44,927 nucleotides of DNA from the sequence record PZ871095.1; one strand, given 5' to 3'. The position numbers and the translations under genes were made by a program. Positions 26,994-36,625 of the stretch are shown one piece after another. The DNA is from a phage. The notes under the pieces were generated by a model. It worked only from the letters and a program-made list of their open reading frames with translations. It was not told the origin of the DNA and searched no databases. The first letter of the stretch is position 1. Each line of letters opens with the position of its first letter.

Positions 26994-27317
26994 TTACGAA
27001 TAAAAATTTGGGTCGCGTGCAACGTCTACCAGATACAGATTGCTGATTCGGTTGCCGTAGTGGCCTGGTGTTCGCTGGCGGCACACAACGGCGTAGCCTG
27101 GAGGAATTGTATTGCCGGTCGCGATAATCCACGCCACGCGTGCGCCCGATAGCGTTTTGCCGTTGCATTCGATGCGCGTGCCGCCATCGGCAGTGTTGAG
27201 GTTGCCAATTTTGCAGCCGGTGGACTTCAGACGAATGACGCCGGTTTTGCTGTCGTAGGAGAATAACTGGTTAGTCATTGCAACCGAAAAATCAATGGCT
27301 TCGAATGTAGTATTCAT
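26994..27317 (-). CDS. HNH-like endonuclease-family protein (possibly degenerate)
   Basis: 107 aa; C-terminal PGHYGNRISNLYLVDVARDPN resembles the HNH core (H...N...N), but the first conserved His region looks substituted. Confidence 0.4.
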   Translation of the reverse strand: MNTTFEAIDFSVAMTNQLFSYDSKTGVIRLKSTGCKIGNLNTADGGTRIECNGKTLSGARVAWIIATGNTIPPGYAVVCRQRTPGHYGNRISNLYLVDVARDPNFYS

Positions 27318-28009
27318 TTTAAATTTTCCTCATTGACCGCTATCGCGAAGCCGCGCGGGGTGAGCGACCGGATTAATTTTGTGCGGGCTGATTTGCCTCC
27401 GAGGCGACTATACTGCTTCGAGTACCCTTTTTCAACGAAAACAGGTTTCTTCTCTGGCATACGGAAGCCGTTACCGGTCCATAAGCAGGTCAGCTTCGGA
27501 TATGAATCGCGGGCGTTGATGTATTCCGGGAAGAGCGGGTGTACGTCATCCTCCGGCAGATATCCCCCATACTCCCACGGGTCGAATGAGTGGTCCGGCT
27601 TACGCCACTGGGTGGAAAGCACACTGCGCGGATTCTCAATCATATATGGCACTTCGAAGAAGTCACCCAGGTAAGCGGCGATCTTCGCGGTGCGCACCGC
27701 CTTAAGCTGAAAGGCTGGGTCTTTTGCACGCTTGCGCGGGAAAGCTGGCGCACCGCTCACTGCCAGATCCGTGCACGGAGGAAACGCATAGATGATATCT
27801 GGCGTACCGAAATCGCCATTCATCGCACGGTCTACAAAGTCCAGATCGATAAACTCATTGCGATAGCGGATTCCGCGACCATAAATCCGGTAGTCAAGGT
27901 AAGACCCGTGATCGGCTTCGGAGTAGTTGAAGCAATAACACTTATGCCCCATCTCGGCAGCACGCTCAATCATCAAACCGCTGCCGTCAAACAATGACCA
28001 GATTATCAT
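27314..28009 (-). CDS. compact C5-cytosine methyltransferase-like protein
   Basis: 231 aa with motif I-like LFDGSG, motif IV-like FPPCTDLAVSG (catalytic PC) and motif VI-like ENP; far shorter than typical C5 methyltransferases; coupled to neighbours by ATGA overlaps. Confidence 0.55.
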   Translation of the reverse strand: MIIWSLFDGSGLMIERAAEMGHKCYCFNYSEADHGSYLDYRIYGRGIRYRNEFIDLDFVDRAMNGDFGTPDIIYAFPPCTDLAVSGAPAFPRKRAKDPAFQLKAVRTAKIAAYLGDFFEVPYMIENPRSVLSTQWRKPDHSFDPWEYGGYLPEDDVHPLFPEYINARDSYPKLTCLWTGNGFRMPEKKPVFVEKGYSKQYSRLGGKSARTKLIRSLTPRGFAIAVNEENLK

Positions 28010-29430
28010 TTGCGCGCCTTTTTAGCTTTCATGTATTCCATCAAGTCGTCCTGTATATCTCGCTTACTGTCGCGACGCTCGGCGACCAATTCGTCCAATG
28101 TCCCGCGAGCCTGGATAATGTAGACGAATACCGGTCGAGGGTGTCCGGCCTGCATCTGGCGAACCGGCCCGATACGTTCAACGATCTGCGAAAAGTGCTC
28201 AAAGTTCCAGGTATCGGAGAATATTGCCAGGTGATGTCCGCCGTCCTGCAAGTTAAGGCCGTGGCCCGCCGATGCCGGGTGTGCAAACATGATGGGGATC
28301 TCGCCCCTGTTCCACGCTTCCATATCCTTATTGCCCTGCTTACCTTTACCCAACGCAACGCCGTGCGGAAATTTCTTCTTAAGACGTGCCAGGTCATGCT
28401 TATACTGATACGCAACGAGCAACGGCGCGCCGTTCAACTCCTCCACGATACTTTCCAGTGCGTCCAGCTTCGCGTCGTGAATCTTCACCCACTCGTCGGT
28501 CCGTTCGCCGTCTTCGTCCACCTTATACACAGCGCCGGAAGCAAGCTGAAGGCACTTAATTGTCTTCGATGCCGCGTTCGCCGCTTCCACTGTTCCGCTT
28601 TCCAGTTCGGCAAATAGCTCGCTTTCAAACTGGTCGTAGATCTTGCGGGCTTTCTTCGGCAGGTCCACAACAACCGGCGTATAGATTGGCTTGTCGCATC
28701 CGAAGTATTCAGCCGCGTCAACGGTTAGTGATACGTCAGACAGGCGTTGTTGTATTTCTTTCTCGGAGTTCTTTAGCGGGGCGTGCTGCATCGTGAAGCT
28801 GCCAGGCTTAACAGGCTTGCTAATGAACCAGCGATCGGTGAATGCCTTATAGCTACTGCCGAGGCGTTCGCCACCGTCGACAAACCACGTCTGACCCCAT
28901 AAGTCTTTTAGCCCGTTTGGCGCTGGTGTGCCGGTAAGGTTAATCCAGCGCTTGACGTGTTTATGTGCAATCGCTGCCAGTGCGCGGGCGCGCTTGCTCC
29001 CCTGCTTGCTACGATAGCCTTTCAGCTTAGTCGATTCATCGGCAACAACGACCGTAAAGGGCCACGCATCGCCGTAATAGTCGACCAGCCACTCAACCAC
29101 ATCGTAGTTAACACAAACCACGTTAGCGTCGCTCTCAAGCGCCGCAATACGGTCCTTCTCCGGCCCGGTGCCGTCTACGACCAGCAGGGATGAGAATCGC
29201 CATTTCTCCTGTTCCGGGGGCCATGTACCCGACGCAACACGCAGCGGGGCCAGCACCAGTACGCGGTCCTCATGATGGGACAGGACGCCAGTCTGGAACA
29301 TTTTATTCAGCGCCCACATTGTCGCGCCGGTTTTACCCGACCCCATTGTCGCCCAGATATTACATCGCTTATGCTTGAGGATGAACGCGGTTATCAACTT
29401 CTGATATTCGCGGCGTCGGAATCGTGCCAT
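28006..29430 (-). CDS. SNF2/DEAD-like superfamily 2 helicase
   Basis: Walker A GSGKTG, DExx-like VVADEST and conserved helicase C-terminal motifs; start placed at ATG 29430 (MARFRRREYQ) rather than the upstream alternative at 29520. Confidence 0.85.
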   Translation of the reverse strand: MARFRRREYQKLITAFILKHKRCNIWATMGSGKTGATMWALNKMFQTGVLSHHEDRVLVLAPLRVASGTWPPEQEKWRFSSLLVVDGTGPEKDRIAALESDANVVCVNYDVVEWLVDYYGDAWPFTVVVADESTKLKGYRSKQGSKRARALAAIAHKHVKRWINLTGTPAPNGLKDLWGQTWFVDGGERLGSSYKAFTDRWFISKPVKPGSFTMQHAPLKNSEKEIQQRLSDVSLTVDAAEYFGCDKPIYTPVVVDLPKKARKIYDQFESELFAELESGTVEAANAASKTIKCLQLASGAVYKVDEDGERTDEWVKIHDAKLDALESIVEELNGAPLLVAYQYKHDLARLKKKFPHGVALGKGKQGNKDMEAWNRGEIPIMFAHPASAGHGLNLQDGGHHLAIFSDTWNFEHFSQIVERIGPVRQMQAGHPRPVFVYIIQARGTLDELVAERRDSKRDIQDDLMEYMKAKKARK

Positions 29431-29434
29431 TTCT

Positions 29435-29653
29435 TTATTCCGCCTTTTTCCAGACTTCGGTTTCACTGTTCCAGTTCCTTTTTGTAGCGTCGTAGTTGGT
29501 GGCGTGTCCGATGTGCACACCGGTAGCCCGGAAGCTCTTAAATTTTTGCCAGCACACCGTCAACGGCAGCGGATCATTCATGCCCGCGATAAACCATACG
29601 CGATCGCCCGGTTTACATTCGCCCAGCTTGGTTAGTCGGTAATGTTCTTTCAT
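29435..29653 (-). CDS. small hypothetical protein
   Basis: 72 aa from ATG 29653 preceded by GGGAGA; stop lies 5 nt upstream of the helicase start. Confidence 0.4.
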   Translation of the reverse strand: MKEHYRLTKLGECKPGDRVWFIAGMNDPLPLTVCWQKFKSFRATGVHIGHATNYDATKRNWNSETEVWKKAE

Positions 29654-29665
29654 CGTCATGTCTCC

Positions 29666-29689
29666 CAAAAATGGCGGGACAAGCCCGCC
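29666..29689 (-). terminator. rho-independent terminator on the minus strand (GGCGGG-cttgt-CCCGCC + TTTTT)
   Basis: Stem-loop followed by a T-run when read on the minus strand, directly after the zinc-ribbon gene; the stem includes a GCGGGACA copy. Confidence 0.6.
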
Positions 29690-29696
29690 GTATTAA

Positions 29697-29870
29697 TTAT
29701 TTTTGTTTTGCACGGTAGCGGCGCTGCCGTTCGCGCTCTTTCTTATTGCGGCACGATTTGCACTCTGCCCGGTGCCCGTCTGGACTGCGCGCAGTCTTAC
29801 CGGTGTATTTGTGGAACTGGGATAGCGGCTTGACACAGCCGCAATTACTACAACGTTTTTCTTCAATCAT
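29697..29870 (-). CDS. small zinc-ribbon protein
   Basis: 57 aa from ATG 29870; two CxxC pairs (CSNCGC ... CKSC) and a basic C-terminus. Confidence 0.5.
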   Translation of the reverse strand: MIEEKRCSNCGCVKPLSQFHKYTGKTARSPDGHRAECKSCRNKKERERQRRYRAKQK

Positions 29871-29910
29871 CTCTAAAATCCTCGATATGGCTAACCGGCA
29901 CACTATACCG

Positions 29911-30189
29911 CTATGCGACCAATTCAGCAACCAATAAATCGCAGTCGGATATGTTGTCGATAACGCGAACGTCAGCACCGCGGCGGGCCATCCGTTCATG
30001 TTCGCGTACCTGGTGCGGCTTCGGTTTTCCACCGGGGCGCTTCACTTCGACGAACACTATTTTGCCGTTGATGATAATAATCAGGTCGGGCGCACCTGCG
30101 CGCCCCTCCCATGCCAGTTTTCGGCAGAATCCGCCGACCTCTTTCACCCGTTTCATCAGGTGACTTTGAATCTTGCCTTCTGGTGTCAT
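29911..30189 (-). CDS. VRR-NUC domain nuclease
   Basis: 92 aa with PDLIII...VFVEVK arrangement (PD-(D/E)xK core) typical of VRR-NUC proteins. Confidence 0.7.
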   Translation of the reverse strand: MTPEGKIQSHLMKRVKEVGGFCRKLAWEGRAGAPDLIIIINGKIVFVEVKRPGGKPKPHQVREHERMARRGADVRVIDNISDCDLLVAELVA

Positions 30190-30377
30190 TTGGTCTGCAA
30201 CTCCACGTTACGCAGACGAAGGTCTACCGGTATGTCCGATCGCCCGGTTAGCGCCAGCGCCAGGTTTTCAGGCGTGACGAGTGCCGTAATGGTCTTGCCA
30301 CGTTCCAGTCTAATGACGATTCGAATCTCGTCATCGTCCGCCGCGCCAGCGCGCATAATGCTCATTTCTGCTTTCAT
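30186..30377 (-). CDS. small hypothetical protein
   Basis: 63 aa, ATG with AGGAAG ribosome-binding site, between the polymerase and VRR-NUC genes. Confidence 0.45.
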   Translation of the reverse strand: MKAEMSIMRAGAADDDEIRIVIRLERGKTITALVTPENLALALTGRSDIPVDLRLRNVELQTK

Positions 30378-30381
30378 AATC

Positions 30382-32673
30382 TTACTTCCTGTACCTGTAC
30401 ATAATGTCGCCTTCTGCGGCGAGTGGGAAGCCTTTCGCCCAAACTGGCAGGTCGCACATCAGCGCGCATAGCTCCTCGGTCGTGTAGTCGTCAGTATCCG
30501 GCACTTCTGTGATCAATTCGTCGTGTACTGACAGGACGATTTCATAGCCCGCGGCTTCAACGCCGGGCATGGACCATGCGAGAATATCGCGACACAACGC
30601 CTGTACGATGTTCTCCGTAAGTTTGCCGCCGTAGGTATACTGGAATCCCCACTGGCGCGTCGTCTGATTCTCGCCCTGATATTTAATGTGTGTGCTGGTG
30701 CGCTTCTTGCCGGTGTCTTCATCAATCTCGGTAGTGACAGACAGCGCGATGCCGGGGTAGCTCATGATGCGCCCCGACGGCAACTCAATTTTCAACCACC
30801 ACCCCGCGGCGTCCGGGTCGTCGCGCTCCTCGTCGAAGGTTGGGTCGTGCTTCGCCTTCGTGCGCACAATCTTGAGCGCTTTTCTACCGTCCGGGCGAAC
30901 GTTCGCGCCAGCCCAGTATGCTTTACCCGGATTGCGGATTGCACACAACACCGCGTCCTCAAGCTCGGCCCAAAAGGCTACCGTCTTCGGGTGAGCCTCA
31001 CGCCACATGCGTTTGATCGCGTCACAGGTAAGCCATACGTTTTTCGGCAGTATGTATGTTGGGCGCTCGTCCTTCTTGCCCGGCTTCGGCGGGCGCTTCG
31101 CTTCGTTAATGCGAGCGTACTCATAACCACGTTTCGCCGCCGCCCAAATGTGGTCCGGGAACGTGCCTTTCATCACGTCCGCCATAGTGTAAAGGTCGAG
31201 TCCCAGGTTTTTAGCGAACTGCAAGAACGCCGCGACGCCGCCACCATAGCCCAGTCCCAATTCGCACGCCTTACCAATCTGGCGTAAGTCCTTGCGGTTG
31301 GCTTTAATGTAATCCGGGTCAAGGCCGAACATCTTACCGGCAGTCTCACAATAGATATCGCGACCGGCCTTAAACACCATTAGCGCGGTTTTCTCGCCAG
31401 CAATCCAGGCAAGGCCGCGCCCTTCCACGTTGGAGTAGTCCGCTACGACAAACTTCTTGCCCTTCGCCGGAATAATGCACCCGCGAACGGTCGAGGCCGT
31501 TAGCTTCGATATGTCATACGCCCAGTGTGCGGTCCCGCGTAACAGGGAGTTGATGCCGTTGGTGAGCATGTGCGACCGGACCCAAAACGAGACGTCGCTT
31601 TCACCCTCGCGGCGTTTAATCTTCCCTTCGTGGTCGTCGCTGTACTCGCCACGCGCCAGGTTTTGAGGTTGAAAGCCTTTACCGGCCCAGCGTAGCGTGC
31701 GCTTTGCCCCACCATACTGAAGACAACCACGGCGGCGACCATCGGCAGACAGGCCATTGACGAGCGGATTGTATTTAGTAGATGCGGTTGATGACGCACC
31801 GAGGCGCATTTCGATCAGCGCTTTGCCCTCGTCCGGGAAGTCCGGGTCTTCCAGTAGGTCGTTTAGCGTGGATTTCTGCGCGTTGTGGATTGTGAACGCC
31901 GGGGCGATATCACGCAGGATTGGCAGGAAGTCATTGCCTGTCAGTTTACCGCCAAATCGCTCCCAGGCTTCCTCCTTCAATTCTTCCTTATGCGCCTGCA
32001 CCGCTTTGATCGCGGCGTTCGCCAGGTCAACGTCCACATAGAAGCCGCGGTCGTTGATCAACTGGTCGATAAGCAGGATTTCATCTTCCTTCGGAGTATT
32101 ACCCCAGTCCGGTATGCGCCAGTAGACCTCACGCATCGCGATAATATCCAGCGCGGCATATCGCAGAAATTTGGCCCATTCTTCAGGGTGAGTCTCGCGA
32201 GTGTAGCGGCGGATTTTGTAAGTCTTAGGGGTCGGCTTACAGAATCGTTTGATCAGCGCCTTGCCTGCCTTATCCTTCGCGTGCTCTGCGTCAACGCCCA
32301 GCACCTGGCACTGCATATCGAGGCTACCGGGCAGCGCGTGGCGAAAGGCCATAATCATGGTGTCTTCGATCTGGCTTACCGGCAGGTCAATACCCCACTT
32401 CTCGCGAATAACCAGGCGGTCAAACAGTAGGCCGTTAGCCATCACGATTTTTGCTTTCTTGCGGGATACATGGCGGAGCGCTTTGCGCAGTTCACGCGGC
32501 ATTGTGGGGGATTCAGTGCAATCCCATGTCTGCACGCGGCCCTCGTCGATGGCGTATGTGCAAATCATAATCTCGGTGGTTGGGTGCTCTGCGTAGGCGT
32601 ACGCCCCTACTTTCTTCAGGTCCACCCCGCTAAATGTCTCGGTATCGAGAAACAGGCGTTCGAAGTCTTTCAT
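30382..32673 (-). CDS. DNA polymerase I-like (family A) with N-terminal 3'-5' exonuclease region
   Basis: 763 aa; exonuclease-like N-terminus (LFLDTETFSG), motif A-like ADYSNVEGR and motif C SVHDELITEV characteristic of family A polymerases. Confidence 0.9.
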   Translation of the reverse strand: MKDFERLFLDTETFSGVDLKKVGAYAYAEHPTTEIMICTYAIDEGRVQTWDCTESPTMPRELRKALRHVSRKKAKIVMANGLLFDRLVIREKWGIDLPVSQIEDTMIMAFRHALPGSLDMQCQVLGVDAEHAKDKAGKALIKRFCKPTPKTYKIRRYTRETHPEEWAKFLRYAALDIIAMREVYWRIPDWGNTPKEDEILLIDQLINDRGFYVDVDLANAAIKAVQAHKEELKEEAWERFGGKLTGNDFLPILRDIAPAFTIHNAQKSTLNDLLEDPDFPDEGKALIEMRLGASSTASTKYNPLVNGLSADGRRRGCLQYGGAKRTLRWAGKGFQPQNLARGEYSDDHEGKIKRREGESDVSFWVRSHMLTNGINSLLRGTAHWAYDISKLTASTVRGCIIPAKGKKFVVADYSNVEGRGLAWIAGEKTALMVFKAGRDIYCETAGKMFGLDPDYIKANRKDLRQIGKACELGLGYGGGVAAFLQFAKNLGLDLYTMADVMKGTFPDHIWAAAKRGYEYARINEAKRPPKPGKKDERPTYILPKNVWLTCDAIKRMWREAHPKTVAFWAELEDAVLCAIRNPGKAYWAGANVRPDGRKALKIVRTKAKHDPTFDEERDDPDAAGWWLKIELPSGRIMSYPGIALSVTTEIDEDTGKKRTSTHIKYQGENQTTRQWGFQYTYGGKLTENIVQALCRDILAWSMPGVEAAGYEIVLSVHDELITEVPDTDDYTTEELCALMCDLPVWAKGFPLAAEGDIMYRYRK

Positions 32674-32840
32674 TGCTTTATCCTCACTACGGCGTCAGCG
32701 CTGCCGATCATGGAGAAGATGCCGTCGGTCAGGGCAATCTCTTCGCCATTGTTGCGAATCTCGGCAACTGTGAAATATTCCCCCAGTAGCTTGGACCATA
32801 CTTGCATTCCGACTTTTACTTCGCTGGCTTTAATACGCAT
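32670..32840 (-). CDS. small hypothetical protein
   Basis: 56-aa ORF (MRIKASEVKVGMQVW...) whose TGA overlaps the polymerase ATG (ATGA); not in the supplied track because it is under 60 aa. Confidence 0.4.
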   Translation of the reverse strand: MRIKASEVKVGMQVWSKLLGEYFTVAEIRNNGEEIALTDGIFSMIGSADAVVRIKQ

Positions 32841-32855
32841 TTTTCATTGTCCTAT

Positions 32856-32880
32856 TAAAAAGCCCGCATTAAGCGGGCTT
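32856..32880 (-). terminator. rho-independent terminator on the minus strand (AGCCCGC-ttaat-GCGGGCT + TTTTT)
   Basis: Stem-loop plus T-run in minus-strand orientation immediately downstream of the SSB-like gene. Confidence 0.65.
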
Positions 32881-32898
32881 GAATAGTGGGATTTGCCC

Positions 32899-33683
32899 TT
32901 AACGGCGGCGACGTTTACGTGGTGCTTCGTCTTCGTCGTCTTCGTCCTCATCTTCGTCATCGCGGGACTTGCGGCGTTTGCGAGGTTTTTCATCTTCCTC
33001 ATCATCGTCGTCATCGCGGCGCTTGGACTTTTTGGACTTGCGCGGCTTGTCATCTTCATCATCGTCATCACGACGTTTTGACTTCTTAGCCTTGCGCGGT
33101 GCTTCGTCTTCGTCGTCGTTGTCCAGGTCTTCATCGGAGCAAGAAGACCCGCCACCGCCGAAGGCTTCACCGTCATCACGGAAGCGTAAACCCAGCAAGC
33201 CAGCACCGAGTCCCTTGCCGTTGGTGTTGTTCCACGCCCAAATATCAAGTGACACGTTGCAATAACAACCGGAGTAGATCTCCTGGCCTTCAATCTCGTC
33301 GCCGTCGATGGTCAGACCTTGTTCAGTCTGCTTCTCGCCGAGTGACGTTTGAATGATTGGCTGTTTGAACGATTTAGCGTTGATGTACAACATGCCTTCG
33401 AATTCTTCGGTTACTTCGTCGCGCTCGTCACCGTCGCGAACTGCGCATTCCTTAGAATCCTGGGCGTAGTGGCGGTCCATCCACTTATCGGCATTCTTCT
33501 CGGATTTCAGCTTATCGGTGAGCACTGCGCGCGCTGCCGCTTCCACTTTGTCCACCTGCGGATCTTCTTTATCCAGAAGAATCACGGCACGGTATGCCGG
33601 TTTTTGTCCATCCTGTTTAGGGGTATCACGTTCCCAAATTTTCAGGAAGCATACGCGCACATTTTTCAGGTTGACTTTAGCCA
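32899..33683 (-). CDS. SSB-like protein (DUF2815 family) with repetitive charged C-terminal tail
   Basis: N-terminus MAKVNLKNVRV typical of DUF2815; start placed at ATG 33683 after GAGGA; C-terminus carries three repeats of an acidic run followed by PRK(A/S)KKSKRR. Confidence 0.7.
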
Positions 33684-33995
33684 TTTTCCAATTCCTCATT
33701 TTCACATGTATCGGGGTTATTGTGAGCCACCCCGTCCGGCTTGGTTGCTAATCTACTTGGTTGCGCCTGAGCGGTCAAGCATTTTCATTAAAAAGATTTC
33801 TGGTAACGTAGTCGGTAGCGTTCTCGATCCAGCTTAATGGCGGGCGGTCGATATTCTTCGCCACCCAATCGGCGGCAGCTTCGCTATAACCGTCATCCAG
33901 CCAGCGGGTCGGATGCCGAATCATCCACGCCATGCACACAATGCAGGATAAAGCCCAGCGCGCCGATAACAAACATCAATAATATTGCGAATACT

Positions 33996-35426
33996 TTATT
34001 CATTGCTTAAGTCCTCGTCAGTAGCTACAGACCACGCAGGGCGCGGGTCATCGATGGGTGCTAATACCGGTTTAGCTGGTGCGCGCGTGATTTTATCACA
34101 CAATTTCGCCCACACTTTCGGCTTCTCGTCCTTCAATACCTTCTCGGCGTCGGTAGGACTGAGTAATGTTTCTTTGTACATAACATCGCGCTTGATCCGG
34201 GCCTTCGTGAAGATTTCAATCACTTCGCTTTCGTCCGCCCACTTGCGGATCCCTTCCTTACCGGCAACCATTTTGAGGCCCAGAGATTCGCCATCACCCG
34301 CCATTACGGCCTTGAATACTGCGGACTCGATAGCCTTGATGTGCTGGCGCATTGCGTCCAGACCTTCATATGCCTTGCGCAGTTCTGCTGCGGTCATAGC
34401 GCCGGGGGCCGCTTCTTTCTTACCACGCTTCGCACGTCGTGCCGCTTTCCGGGCTTCGCGGGCCATATTGCGGTCATGATTGGCGCATTCTTCCTCTGTC
34501 GCAATACTCACGTCGTCGCCCAGGTCTTCGTCTGTTGCCGTTGGTGGGGTCATCGTGTCGATTGCGGCCTTAGCGCGGGCGCTACACTGATCCGCAAATC
34601 TGCACCACTGACACGCATCAACGCTCGGTCGGAAGTCGGCACGGGTGAGTCCCTTTTTGCCGCGGGCGTACGCTTCCAGGGCGGCGATAGCACGCTTGGA
34701 CGCAAACTTCGCGAATATCTCCAGGGCTTCTACCGAAATATCCCACTCCGACGCCCCGCCGCAATACGGCTGGAAGATAACCAGGCGCACGGTCGTGATG
34801 TCGTACATGGATTGCAGCTTGCGCAGCAGGCCGAGCGCATACAGCATAAGCTGTTTGTTTTCTTTCGCCTCGACCTTATGCCGCCCCGTCTTCAGGTCGC
34901 CAACAATCAGCATGTACGTCCCGTCGGTCTTTTTCATGACCATGACCATATCGGCAGTACCGAACGTTTTAATCCTGTTGCCGTCGATCTCGTAGCCTGA
35001 GTGAAGGACGCGGGTCAGATCGGCGCGCATCTCAAGCTGGACAAACTCCGCCACTTCGAGGAGTGGTCGCCAGTGGTCGATGTACGCGTCGCACTGTTTC
35101 ACCATGTCGTCGTTGACCAGTACGCCGCCTTTCGGTGCTTTCGGGTGCGCCTTTACTGGCCCCTTGCCTTCGTTCTCGACGTAACACCCTTTATACGTCT
35201 TTGCGGATATCAGCTTCTCACCGGCGATAATGCGGTTTAGCACCACCTCAGATACGGTGTGCATACTCGTACCGTTAATCGCGGCTTGCCCGGATTCGTT
35301 CGGGATATCTTTTTCCACCACCAGGGCGGCGGGACACCCCATCCATTTTTTAGCACCGGATGGGCCGAGTAATGAGTGTTCCGTATTGCTACCGGATTGC
35401 GTTTTACGTTTTGGTTTAATCGCCAT
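33996..35426 (-). CDS. PD-(D/E)xK Cas4-like nuclease (DUF2800 family)
   Basis: 476 aa; N-terminal SLLGPSGAKKWMGCPA signature and CQWCRFADQC cysteine cluster typical of DUF2800/Cas4-like phage nucleases; adjacent to the DUF2815 gene. Confidence 0.75.
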   Translation of the reverse strand: MAIKPKRKTQSGSNTEHSLLGPSGAKKWMGCPAALVVEKDIPNESGQAAINGTSMHTVSEVVLNRIIAGEKLISAKTYKGCYVENEGKGPVKAHPKAPKGGVLVNDDMVKQCDAYIDHWRPLLEVAEFVQLEMRADLTRVLHSGYEIDGNRIKTFGTADMVMVMKKTDGTYMLIVGDLKTGRHKVEAKENKQLMLYALGLLRKLQSMYDITTVRLVIFQPYCGGASEWDISVEALEIFAKFASKRAIAALEAYARGKKGLTRADFRPSVDACQWCRFADQCSARAKAAIDTMTPPTATDEDLGDDVSIATEEECANHDRNMAREARKAARRAKRGKKEAAPGAMTAAELRKAYEGLDAMRQHIKAIESAVFKAVMAGDGESLGLKMVAGKEGIRKWADESEVIEIFTKARIKRDVMYKETLLSPTDAEKVLKDEKPKVWAKLCDKITRAPAKPVLAPIDDPRPAWSVATDEDLSNE

Positions 35427-35614
35427 TATTCCACCCTTGAAAACTGAGCAATGTAATAATCATGTTCAACATTGGCCCGCTTAGCGGCATTGTTCATGGT
35501 AGCCGCCAGTCCTCGGGCTTGCATCCAGCAGCAATTCCAGTTTTGATTCATAACAATTTCCGGTTGCTCGTCGCCGGTAATACGGCAACGAAATAAAACA
35601 AAGAATATAGCCAT
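35426..35614 (-). CDS. small hypothetical protein
   Basis: 62-aa ORF with ATG start, upstream of the nuclease gene in the same operon. Confidence 0.4.
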   Translation of the reverse strand: MAIFFVLFRCRITGDEQPEIVMNQNWNCCWMQARGLAATMNNAAKRANVEHDYYIAQFSRVE

Positions 35615-35866
35615 TTATTTTGTCTCCCAGCGGTCAATTGTTTTTGCTTCGGATGCAACTGCGAAGCGAACATATTCCAGATTGGAATCCGCCCAAATAT
35701 AAAAGTCGGGGTTAGTAAAGGTGGTGCGCTTAATTTGCGCGGGGGTAGTGCGGCGTTTATCAATTACGGCAACGCGTGACTGAAAGCTGCCGATGCGCTC
35801 GAATAGCCAATAGTACGGGCGCTGGTCGCGGGAATCCACCGCCTCGATTAGCGTGAAGCGTGCCAT
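35615..35866 (-). CDS. hypothetical protein
   Basis: 83 aa, ATG with GAGGA ribosome-binding site. Confidence 0.5.
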   Translation of the reverse strand: MARFTLIEAVDSRDQRPYYWLFERIGSFQSRVAVIDKRRTTPAQIKRTTFTNPDFYIWADSNLEYVRFAVASEAKTIDRWETK

Positions 35867-35914
35867 TGTCTCGTCCTCTAAAAATAGGCCCGCAGATTAG
35901 CGGGCCGGATAATA

Positions 35915-36427
35915 TTAGTCTTCCAGTTCGAAATAGGTTTCTACAATTTCTTTCAGATCTTTGTGGAAGTCTTCTACGTCGTCATCTTCCAGTTTTGCGA
36001 TTGATTTGATCTCGAACGCTTCCAGCAGGTCGTCAAATTCGTCGTTGGCATCGTCGTCATCACCACCGGCGATAATCGCGGCATACTGTTTGATTTCGTC
36101 GCGCATCTCTGCCAGCGGGTCGGCATCTTTCTTGCCTTTGCCTTTCGCCGGAGCTTTTTTGGTTTTCGCCGGTTTTTCGTCTTCGGCTTCTTCATCGTCG
36201 TCATCTTCTACGACTTCTTTTTTGGCCTTACCTTTAGCCGGTGCTTTTTTGGTTTTCGCCGGTGCTTCGTCTTCAGCGTCGTCATCTTCTACGACTTCTT
36301 TTTTCGCCTTAGATGGCTTTTTATCTTCCTGCTTACCAACGGCAGCGCCAACGGTTTCATAATGCTTAGCGATGGTTTCCAGTGCTACTACGCCGCGTGT
36401 AATCAGGTTTACGATTTGTTCAAACAT
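35915..36427 (-). CDS. acidic repeat-containing early protein
   Basis: 170 aa; first gene after the leftward promoter; about 50 D/E residues, internal imperfect tandem repeat (KKEVVEDDD..EDE.PAKTKKAPAKGK twice), very acidic C-terminus. Confidence 0.6.
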   Translation of the reverse strand: MFEQIVNLITRGVVALETIAKHYETVGAAVGKQEDKKPSKAKKEVVEDDDAEDEAPAKTKKAPAKGKAKKEVVEDDDDEEAEDEKPAKTKKAPAKGKGKKDADPLAEMRDEIKQYAAIIAGGDDDDANDEFDDLLEAFEIKSIAKLEDDDVEDFHKDLKEIVETYFELED

Positions 36428-36625
36428 GTTTTATATCTCCGATTGGTTAAGTTTAGGTGTCGACCATTAACCTCGTCGGTGGCCTTAACATATTGCCAGG
36501 TTACGCGTTCTCCCTTTCGGGTAGTGGACCTGGTTATATAATCACGGTTGGGAATCCTGACACTTCGATCCGGCCCCTGCGTTGCCCCTCTCCAGTTTGC
36601 GTCCTGCATCCTGTCGACGAGGTGC

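Noticed and set aside
33775-33972. 65-aa minus-strand ORF between the SSB-like and Cas4-like nuclease genes
   Set aside because: It needs a TTG start without a ribosome-binding site. An alternative 36-aa hydrophobic ORF (33893..34003) with an ATG overlapping the nuclease stop is more plausible, but too short and unsupported to annotate.
36540-36590. tRNA-like T-loop sequence (TTCGATCC) in the early leader region
   Set aside because: Flanking bases do not form a T-stem, and no acceptor stem, anticodon arm or CCA-compatible end could be assembled; no tRNA is called anywhere in the window.
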